Part shown: one piece after another, positions 55,297 to 64,000 of the stretch
Position numbering within the stretch: the stretch's first letter is position 1
How the letters are laid out: each line of letters starts with the position of its first letter
Source of the DNA: Daphnia carinata
Lineage: Eukaryota
Reading direction: 5' to 3'
Assembly (NCBI RefSeq): GCF_022539665.2
Contig: NC_081333.1
Coordinates: 6,944,001-7,008,000 of the forward strand
DNA: 64,000 nt
Translations under genes and position numbers: made by a program
Notes under the pieces: generated by a model
Database searches by the model: none
The model's input: only the letters and a program-made list of their open reading frames with translations
What the model was told of the DNA's origin: nothing

Positions 55297-56100
55297 TTTT
55301 AAATTGTTCCTCCAGCCACGAGTTTTTCTCCATCCACGCGTTTTTCTCCAGCCACGCTACTCAATTAACTGCTAATGGGATACAATTAACTCAAATTGCT
55401 TACATGCCTGTAATAACGAAACCGACTGGTAGATGGCTACGGGTAGAAAAAAGAGAAAAAAGTGTGATTTTTTTTTTTTTTTTATGTAAAACGGATTGCC
55501 ATATTTCACTGCTCTCGCCACCTCCCGGTCAGATTTCTAGGGAATTCTCTACATACACTCACCGAATTTTTCTGTTTTATCGTGCTAGCGCTGTAGCGTA
55601 CTTTGCGGTTGCCAAACGTCGTTAGGCTATTTCGCCATACCGTGGTTTCACCCCATGTGTCATTTGTACCAATTGTAGATATTGTCCATAACAAGTCTTC
55701 ATGTTTACATTCTTGCCAGTGGTGCTGATACTTTTTTTTATCACAACCGCTTGTTTCAGCTGTTCCAAGTATTGAAGCATTACTTATGCAAGTACTTAGA
55801 GAGGGCTACCCATTACAAAAGAATAGCTTATCACAGTATGTTATGAAATAAATAGATTTTTAAAGAAAGAAAACTTTTTTTTTATGGACGTATACATTAT
55901 ACATTCAATTTTTGCTGTTCCCAATCATGTATATTTCATTGTTAGACAGTGTTTATGGAACGATGCACTTTAATCTCACTTCATGGAGATTCTACAACTG
56001 TGTGTGCGTTAATGATATAGAATGGTATACTTGCATTATACGTATATCAAATTTGACATTTTTAGTTATATATATTTATTTAATTTCATTTTGACTCTTT

Positions 56101-56156
56101 AGGGGATTGAACCCTTGATTTCTTGCGTGCGACGACAATGCTCTACCATAGAGCTG
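56101..56156 (-). pseudogene. tRNA-like module (Ala-like, CGC), no acceptor stem
   Basis: Minus strand CAGCTCTATGGTAGAGCATTGTCGTCGCACGCAAGAAATCAAGGGTTCAATCCCCT (A box, B box). Confidence 0.55.
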
Positions 56157-56368
56157 TGAGTGTTGTAAATTGGTTAACTATTTTTCCATGTATTTTGAAG
56201 GAAACCTATGTGCACTTGTAATACTATTGTTGTGAGTCCCAACGCAATTTGATATTTCCGTCTCGAAATGTCACCTATTAATACAATAGAGTGATTTATT
56301 TTTTTGACAAAGAAATATTGTCTACAGTGGGAACCGTAACTCAATCCTCTGACACAAAGGATCCAGAC

Positions 56369-56424
56369 GTGACTCGAACTCTTGACTTTCGATTCCCGTA
56401 GTCAGACGCTCTACCTCAGAGCTA
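56369..56424 (-). pseudogene. tRNA-like module (Arg-ACG-like), no acceptor stem
   Basis: Minus strand TAGCTCTGAGGTAGAGCGTCTGACTACGGGAATCGAAAGTCAAGAGTTCGAGTCAC. GCGTCTGACTACGG resembles the tRNA-Arg(ACG) anticodon arm. Confidence 0.55.
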
Positions 56425-56483
56425 TTAGTATTACGTAATTTCTTGTAGCGTGCTAATATGCTACAACGTAACGTAAAATAAGA

Positions 56484-57889
56484 AAAAGTCGGGCTGATTT
56501 TTAAACCTGACTATACATCAGATTGCCGTGCATGATAAGGTTATAATAATAGTATGTGGTATATCTTCATGCCATGATCTATATTTACCAGGTATACCTT
56601 CCCATTAGCGTGATACATAGTGCTAGTTGTCTCTGTTAACGAAGTTGTGTCATAAGTATATCAATTCGCGCGATCAACCAATAGTAAAATAACGAAACAA
56701 GCACGAAAGAAGCCACTACACCATTTCATATATGATAAAATGCTAAAAACGTTTGGCTTATTAATGTTCATTTTTTAGTTTTTGCGAAGTTGAAAAAAAA
56801 ATACCAGAAGTGACCGGAAGTAGACAATATCTCCAGAAATACTGGGCCCACAACAAAACGAATATGATTTTCGTGATCCTCGTGAAATTTAAGGTGCGTC
56901 TGACCTATTTTGACCTGTTTTTGGAGAAAAGTCCATTTTGGCCAAAATCGCGATTTTTCCTGAACTATAGTTCGGGGAAATTTGCGATTTTTGACGATTT
57001 TCGGGTATTTTCTACTGACACATGGATTCGATCCCAAATTTCACGAGGATTACGAAAATGTATTTCTTTTTTCATTCAGACCAACAGATAGTGAGTTATT
57101 AAGCATTTTCAAACCAGAAGTTATACCGGAAGTTAAAATTTTTTAAATTTAAAAAATGAACTATGTTTTCCTTTACAAGGTACACAACATCTGCATAGTT
57201 TCAATCGTAAAATATAGTAAATTAACATAAAATGGCCTTTCAAAGTTCGTAAAGTTCAGTTTTCAGGTACGACCTGCATACCACTTCAAAGCACTACCAC
57301 ACACATAATAACCGAAGCAAATGTTTCAAAACCATCCCCTTAATTTGATAGCCATCAGAATTAAGGTGACAGTGGAACAGATATGGTTATTACCGAAAAA
57401 AGTAAACGGGGGATCCAATACTTGCGGAATATTGATAGTAAATAGCATATCTTGTTAGAATTTCTTGAAGGTTCAACAAAAAAAATCTTCTGTTACAGAC
57501 TGGGAATATTTTGTTGCATTGAGAAATGAATGCTACCACGCTTGTAACAATGGCTTTATCCAGAATGATGGAACATGAGACCTGGTCTTCCAAAAGTACG
57601 TTAATATTACCTTGTTCTATGCCCAACAGCTTACATTTTGTGTTGGTAACGAAGCAGCGTAAAATTTGCACATCAATAATAGGGGTGGAGGTAAAAACAA
57701 CAAGCTATTCCGACGAAGTAAACTCAAATACACGCTTTCAACGTAACAACAAAGTAAACATTGAGAATCACATGTCAAAAAATAGTTTTTATTTCAGCCG
57801 CTAGAGGCTGGTGAACTTGCAGCGCCGTCCGCTGAAAATTATGTTCGGCCAGCTTTTAAAATAAGCCCAACAAAATAAGCCGGACTTTT
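56484..57889. mobile_element. Putative non-autonomous TIR element with an internal inverted repeat
   Basis: AAAAGTCGGGCTGATTTT (56484-56501) and AAAATAAGCCGGACTTTT (57872-57889) are 16/18 reverse complements. Internal 24-bp IR at 56867-56890 and 57036-57059 (23/24), bracketed by ACCGGAAGT motifs. No TSD identified. Confidence 0.4.
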
Positions 57890-58506
57890 CCCATTTTTTA
57901 TTTTATTTTTTTCAAAACTTAGTACTTAAAAAAAACTTAGTAGTTTTTAATTTTTTTTTACAAAACAAAATAGGTCTTTATGATAGATAAATCTTAAAAA
58001 AGAAAAGGTTGCACTGTTGTGGCAATTTACGGATCTGCGCCGGTTGGCAATGATCGGGTAAACCAACATAATCCACTCGAAAACATATGTAACCGATGTT
58101 TAAGATAACCATACTCAATTCATGTATCAATTAGTAGCAAGATAATCACATGACTGGCCGCTGCATTGTCATTCCTTGTCCATGGTCTGATTCATGATTA
58201 CGTTCTCAGATTCTGCCTCTTTGTATTTCAGTTTTCCCCTATTTCTACCCGAAAACGTGATTACTTTCTTATTATGACTATTTCGATTTATATCCTAGCA
58301 ATTATGACTAGTCTAATCAATTCTACTAAACAAAAATATGATTTATTTTAAACATAATTCCGTGTGATTTGAAGTTTATTGTGCAACAGGTTGTACTGGA
58401 AAGCTACGCAAAACTCATAAGTAAATAATTTGACAGACGAAACAAGGTTTTGTTTTTTAACTGCGTCTGATCAAACAGTAAACCCGACTGCAATAAAAAT
58501 GTTTCC

Positions 58507-59128
58507 TTATTTTTTACCAACAGAGACGCTGTTTCCATCGCCGAGAGCAATATTCCCCAAGGGTATTGCGACGGCTAATCCAATGCCAAGACCTATACCG
58601 AATCCACCTAAAATAGTTAGAAAATTGATTAGCCTGAGACAAACAGCTTCCAGGCAAAATTGCTTTAATTACGTGGTCCAGCGTTGGCCACTCCTGTTCC
58701 TGTGCCAATCACCTGGCCGTTCTGTACAGCTCCACTACCCGCACCTCCGGCATTTGCTGATCCAGGAGCCACTGTATCACGATGATAACGACGAGTTTGA
58801 AAAGTGATTTGGTTTAATTATAAGACAAGTTTTATCAAATTAAAATCTTAATTACGGGCACCCGATGGAATCGGCGACTGGGGCAGCTGGCACTGGAGCA
58901 ACTCCACCTTGATTGGGTATATAACCACCGTCAACCGGATCGCCATGATTATGATGGTGATGGTGGTGGTGATGATCTTCGGGATAGCCAACATAATAAC
59001 CACCTCCTGGTGGCCGATAATGATCTATTAAATCGAAACTTACCGTAAATTAACAATGTTTCATTTGTATTTGATGAAAATAGAATGCGTACCGTAGCTT
59101 AGACGGTAACCACCGCCATAAGACGGTC
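58507..59128 (-). pseudogene. 3' exons of a Gly/His/Tyr/Pro-rich structural-type protein gene, 5' end missing, probable frameshift
   Basis: GT-AG exons 59093-59128 (GPSYGGGYRLSY), 58856-59024 (DHYRPPGGGYYVGYPEDHHHHHHHHNHGDPVDGGY...), 58673-58771 (APGSANAGGAGSGAVQNGQVIGTGTGVANAGP), 58507-58607 (GFGIGLGIGLAVAIPLGNIALGDGNSVSVGKK*). Phase mismatch between the second and third of these exons; no own start or signal exon found. Confidence 0.6.
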
Positions 59129-59189
59129 CTGTCTCGCACATGAAGCAAATTGTTAATGTGGGCGTATTGCATATTAAGTAAACACTTAT

Positions 59190-59633
59190 TCCACGTGTAA
59201 TATTCCGTGTAGTATTTCGGGGATTTGGTCGTTTAGTACTGGGTAGGCTAGGTGTAGTAGCTGGGGGCAGCATATGTTGTTGTATAATACTCGGCCTTAT
59301 TTGTTGCGTAGTACTCGGAAGCCTTCGGGGTGTAGTAGCTGCGCGCAGCATACGTCGTGGTGTAGTAAGGCGGCGGAGTGGCGTAGTATGCAGAAGACGA
59401 CGAACCCATTCGTCCAGCCACGGCCTGTCCAGCCATCAGAGAGACAACGACCAACGGCAGCATCGCGCCGTAGTTAGCTGAAACAAGGTAATATATACAC
59501 GTAAATCCCTAACCCCAATTGAATACGGCGCAAATACACACATATTACAATATTAAAATTGATATAAATCAAAATTAATTACAGGTTCAATTCCTATTAT
59601 TCAATATTAAAATACAACATCAAAATTACCCAT
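59190..59633 (-). pseudogene. Truncated paralog of the Tyr/Thr-repeat secreted protein gene (77-aa ORF, premature stops)
   Basis: ATG-G exon 59630-59633, exon 2 from 59477: MANYGAMLPLVVVSLMAGQAVAGRMGSSSSAYYATPPPYYTTTY...YYT*PTQY*TTKSPKYYT. In-frame TAG (59248-59250) and TAA (59233-59235) stand where the intact paralog has E and Y. Confidence 0.75.
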
Positions 59634-59717
59634 AAGTGCAAAGCTGGAAAACACGATGTGAATTACAACCAATGGAAATTGTGGTACTGCTTTTTCTGTG
59701 TCCAAGTAGTTGACTAC

Positions 59718-59752
59718 ACTAAATCACATTACGTTTATCCTCTCAATTTATA
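59718..59752 (-). promoter_or_regulatory. TATA + Inr core promoter of the truncated paralog
   Basis: TATAAAT (59746-59752) 32 nt upstream of a TTAGT initiator (59718-59722). Confidence 0.6.
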
Positions 59753-61695
59753 CACGCCCAAAGCCACCCTGTTTCGATTCACTAGCCCTGCGATTACGAC
59801 ACGTGCAAATGACAGGTACTGACGTAACAGCCAATATTCTTACCCCACCCTTTGGCTTAGCGTTATTGTTGCTATGACACGCGCTGAAGGGGCGTATTGT
59901 TCATGAATTAAAACTGCATCCTTATTCTTATACGCAATACAATAAAAACGTAATCAATAATTTCTCATTAAAGCATTATGCACGAGAGAAGTGTAATTGT
60001 TGTTGTAACAGAACTGAACGTTACCGTTAAACCAAGTTGAACGCTTATTCCTTTAAACCTGTGTTACAAGATGTGTTCTCACTGAACACATCGAAAAATT
60101 CACGTTTGATACATCCAGATGCAGATTCAAAACTCATGTAATGCAGCAGAAAAACGAGAAGCGGAAGTGGATTATATGTAGAGCTCAATCTTTAACGCGT
60201 AACCCAAAAGGTAACTAACGTTCAAAAAATCCTTTGTGGAATAGTCATGGTGACAACTGAATGGATTGTGATTACGAACAACCATTATCAACTAGACTTG
60301 ATAACTAGACCTGGGAATGTCGCATAAGGTCATTGTTTTTCAAAGCGGAAATTTAGAAAGCGTGATTATTAAAGTATTATGGCCCAATAGACGCAATGAG
60401 CTGCATGCAGGGCTACTTATACGTGTATATGAATGCCAAAAATAAATAATGACAAACCTACATTAGCTTTGACTTATTTTCCCCGCACAACTGGAATAAC
60501 ACCCAGCCAATGCCTAAACGCATTAGTGCCAATATTGGCCGCAAGGTGATATGAGGGATTTTTGCATGTCATTAACGGTGCGTGATGCCACGCCCTAATT
60601 CGTGAGTATTACATAATAATTGAAAATTTTAAACAGTTGCTTAAATTTTTTGTTTTATAATTACCTTGGATGTTATTTATCACGATTTTCTTAATACAGC
60701 TCATTTATTACATTGTACAATAGTTTCGCCGAATTTAAATGGGAGTTGTTTTATGCCGGAAAAGGCCCGCTTGTTTATCAACATGGTTTGGGGTCGTCAT
60801 TCACGGTATATAAGAGTTGGGTGAACATTTTAACGTAGCGGCACTTGAACAATGACTGGGTATGGCACCCTCCCAATGTTGGGAACTAGTACCAAGAGTC
60901 TGTAAGCAATTACAACTCGAAACGTCAAGCGTTGGTATGGAATTGGCCCCCCATTCCAATGCAAAACTGAATAGAGATGTAAGAGCTCTCAGCTGATGTC
61001 ACGATGGATTGAATCAATAGCTGTACTATACGATTCAGTCCATCCGGGCAGTTCTGGAGGATACTACGTCAGTCAAGTGCTTAGCGCAAACATTTTTGCT
61101 ATTTTTTCAATAATTAAAATCAAAACTGGCAAACCGAAATTCCTATCTCTGCCAAATATTTAAGCATTTCCTTAACATAGCTAAGGGCGAATTTAGGAAA
61201 TAGCCATTATCTGTGTAAATGCAAACTAGAAAAAAAACTACATTTCGTTTTGCTCTTCAATTAAATAGCGAAAGATAAGTACATTTTAAACACAACAACA
61301 ACTTAACAATGCCTGCGGACTAACGCAATGAATAAATACGCCTTTGTGCTAAGCGACTGTATAAATAAATTCATTGCAATTTTACGAAGAACCATGATAT
61401 ATTTTCGACAAATGTCATAATACATAATTCTGTTCAGAATTTACGATGTTGCACGAACACTAATTGAAATTGCCTTCATCCGCTTTATGTTATAAAAACT
61501 AAAAACAAGTAGATTGAGTAACGACATAATAGCTGTATTCAATATTTTAGTTATAAACCACATTCGTATGGGGCGACTTGTTATTGGATAAATACAATGC
61601 AGGGAAATACTCATTTTGGAACGAGGGCAGCAAATAATAAAACAAGATCTAATTATTTCTAACTATTAAGCTTTACGGACAAGGTATTTTTACGA

Positions 61696-62973
61696 TTAAT
61701 AATGCTTTGGACGCTCAGTGTAATAGCTTGGTGCAGCATACGGCGTGGTGTAGTACTCGGGGGCCTTTGTAGTATAGTATTGGGGGGCCTCAGTGTAGTA
61801 AGATGGAGCTGCGTAAGTTGTGGTGTAGTATTCTGCTTTCTTTGCGTAGTACTCCGGTGCTTTCGTCGTGTAGTATTCATCAGCCTTGGTGGTGTAGTAT
61901 TGCGGAGCCTCGGTGTAATAAGCCGGGGCAGCGTAGGTAGTGGTGTAGTACTTGGGTGTCTCGGAATAGTAGCTCCGAGCAGCATACGTTGTGGTGTAGT
62001 ACTCAGGAGCCTTAGTGGTGTAGTATTTCGGAGCATCAGTCTGGTAATACTTGGGAGCTGCAGTGTAGTAAACCGGGGCAGTGTATGTTGTGGTGTAGTA
62101 TTCAGCCCTCTGTGTGTAATACCCCGGGGCTTTAGTCGTGTAGTATTCAGCAGACTTTGTGCTGTAGTATTGAGGAGCTTCAGTGTAGTAAACCGGAGCA
62201 GCATACGTTGTTGTGGATTGTGGAGCCTCAGTCTGGTAGTAGCTTAGGGCTGAGTAATACTTGGTAGCTTCGGTGTAGTAAGCTGGAGCGGCGTATGTTG
62301 TGGTGTAGTACTTGGGCTCCTCGGTATAATAGCTTGGCGCAGTATATGTTGTGTACTCTGGAGCCTTTGTAGTGTAGTACTGCGGAGTCTCAGTGTAATA
62401 GGCTGGAACGGCGTAAGTTGTGGTGTAATACTCAGGGGCCTTTGTGGCATAGTAGGCGGGAGCTTCGGTGTAGTAGCTTGGAGTGGCGTACGTTGTTGTG
62501 TAATACACTGGCGCCTCTGTGTAATAGCTCGGTGCAGGGTAGTACTCGGGCGCCTTTGTGGTGTAGTATGTTGGAGCTGCATACGTGGTGGTGTAGTACT
62601 CGGGCGCCTTTGTGGTGTAGTATGTTGGAGCTGCATACGTAGTGGTGTAGTACTCGGGCACCTTTGTGGCGTAGTAAGAGGGGGCTACATACGTCGTGGT
62701 GTAATAAGGCGGCGGAGTGGTGTAGTATGCAGAAGAAGACGAACCCATTGGTCCACCCATTGCCTGTCCAGCCATCAGAGAGACAACGGCCAACAGCAGC
62801 ATCGCGGCGTAGTTAGCTGAAATAGTAATAGATAGTGCATACACATAAATTTCTTGCCCAAATGGAATACAGTGCAAATGCACACAAATTTATTACAATT
62901 TATTGAAAAGAAAATTAAGCACAGGTTTAATTCCTACGACTATATTGTAAAATTCAATACTAAAATTACCCAT
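61696..62973 (-). CDS. Secreted Tyr/Thr/Ala/Pro-rich repetitive (extensin/adhesive-like) structural protein, about 374 aa, 2 exons
   Basis: Exon 1 ATG-G 62970-62973 (GTAATT donor), exon 2 61696-62816 (TTTCAG acceptor); total 1125 nt. Signal peptide MANYAAMLLLAVVSLMAGQAMG, then repeats of YYTTTYAAP[ST], YYTEAP[QK] and YYTTKAPE. Confidence 0.88.
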
Positions 62974-63057
62974 AATTACAAAGCTGAAAAACACGATGAG
63001 AAGTACAACCGATGGAAATTGTAGTACTGCTGTTGCTGTGTCCAAGTAGTTGACTAC

Positions 63058-63092
63058 ACTGAATCAAAACACGTTTATCCTCTCATTTTATA
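63058..63092 (-). promoter_or_regulatory. TATA + Inr core promoter of the Tyr/Thr-repeat gene
   Basis: TATAAAA (63086-63092) at -32 from the arthropod initiator TCAGT (63058-63062). Conserved in the duplicate. Confidence 0.7.
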
Positions 63093-64000
63093 CGCGCCCA
63101 AAGCCACCCTGTTTCGATTCATTAGCCCTGCGGTTACGACAGGTGCACCTGGCAGGTAGTGACGTAACAGCTAATATTCTTACCCACCTTTTCAGCTTGG
63201 CGTTATTGTTGCTATGACACGCGCTAAAGGGGCGTATTGTTCGTGAATTAACACTATATGCTTATTCTATGCGGAATACAATAAAAACATCAACATTAAT
63301 TTCTCCTTAAGGCATTATACACAAGATAATTGTAAATTTCTTGTTCCAACAGAATTACCTTTAAAACAAGTTGAACGCTTATTTCATTAAGCCCGTGTTG
63401 CATGATGTGTTCTCTCACTGAAGATCACTCCCTCACTCAGGAGAAAAACGAAAGAAAAGCGGAAGTATATATCATATATAGAACCCAATCTTATACGCAT
63501 ATGCCCTGGTAAACTAACGTTCAAAAATTCCTTTGTGGAATATTCATGGTGCCAACAGAGTGTACGGCAAATACGAACAAACATTTTTCTACTAGGCTCG
63601 ATAAGCCCTGGGAATGTGGCATAGGTCATTGTTGTCAAAAGCGGAAATTTAGAAAGCTGGATCATTGAAGTATTATGGCCCACTAGACGCCATGAGCTAC
63701 ATACAGGGCTACGTATACGTGTATGCGAATGCCAAAAATAAATAATGACAAACCTAGATGGGCTCCAACTTACTTTCCCTTCACAACTAGAATAGCACCA
63801 AGCCAATGCATGAACGCATTAGTGCCAAAATCGGCCGCAAGGTGATATGGAGTATTCTTGCATGTCATTAACGGTGCGTGATGCCACGCCCTAATTCGTG
63901 AGTGCTACATAATAATTGAAAATTTTAAACATTTACTTAAGTGTTTTGTTTTATAATTAACTTGGATGTTATTTATCACCATTTTCTGGATACAGTTCAT

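Larger units (their letters stand above)
50456..55504. mobile_element. Long inverted repeat / foldback-like palindromic element, arms about 2.2-2.3 kb, spacer about 505 bp
   Basis: Left arm 50456-52736 is the reverse complement of right arm 53242-55504. ORF-track pairs 51890-52255(-)/53724-54089(+) are identical, and 51691-51918/54061-54288 differ by 2 aa. Mirror coordinates sum to about 105978. Outer ends are ATATGGCAATCCGTTTTAC and GTAAAACGGATTGCCATAT. The repeat itself is certain; mobility is inferred. Confidence 0.75.
59350..64000. repeat. Tandem segmental duplication, offset about 3.3 kb
   Basis: 59350-60704 aligns with about 62690-64000 (promoter, exon 1, intron, start of exon 2 and over 1 kb of upstream DNA). 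ATGs are at 59633 and 62973. Similarity runs off the window end. Confidence 0.9.

Noticed and set aside
61659..62642. Overlapping ORFs of 181, 181, 130 and 74 aa
   Set aside because: Frame-shifted and antisense shadows of the low-complexity Tyr/Thr repeat CDS.
1..64000. CRISPR arrays, operons, rRNA or other prokaryotic systems
   Set aside because: The sequence is eukaryotic with spliceosomal introns. No repeat-spacer array or rRNA-like segment was seen.

Overview
Eukaryotic, AT-rich, short-intron genomic DNA, most consistent with a cladoceran crustacean such as Daphnia (inferred from 53-71 bp introns and a Tyr/Thr-repeat protein family, not from a search). Most ORFs in the supplied track are spurious; the real genes are spliced and were assembled by hand from splice sites. 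Contents: (1) an 885-bp TIR element with a TA target duplication carrying a tRNA-derived module (203-1087); (2) a 9-exon secreted protein of about 502 aa with nine Kazal domains (+, 4207-10604); (3) a 12-exon, about 29 kb type-II membrane dipeptidase-family (M19) gene of about 609 aa (+, 19910-48805) with a GC-AG intron and an Asp-to-Gly change at the catalytic GxDxDG motif; (4) a palindrome of about 5 kb (50456-55504) whose arms each carry a mirror copy of a spliced coiled-coil ORF and a GC-rich hairpin cluster, and whose spacer holds three tRNA-like modules without acceptor stems; (5) more tRNA-like modules and a second putative TIR element (56101-57889); (6) a tandem duplication with a 3.3-kb offset of a secreted Tyr/Thr-repeat gene: one intact copy (-, 61696-62973) and one truncated copy fused to the 3' exons of a Gly/His-rich gene. 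The strongest candidate for an undescribed system is the repeated pairing of inverted-repeat elements with acceptor-less tRNA (Pol III A/B-box) cassettes.
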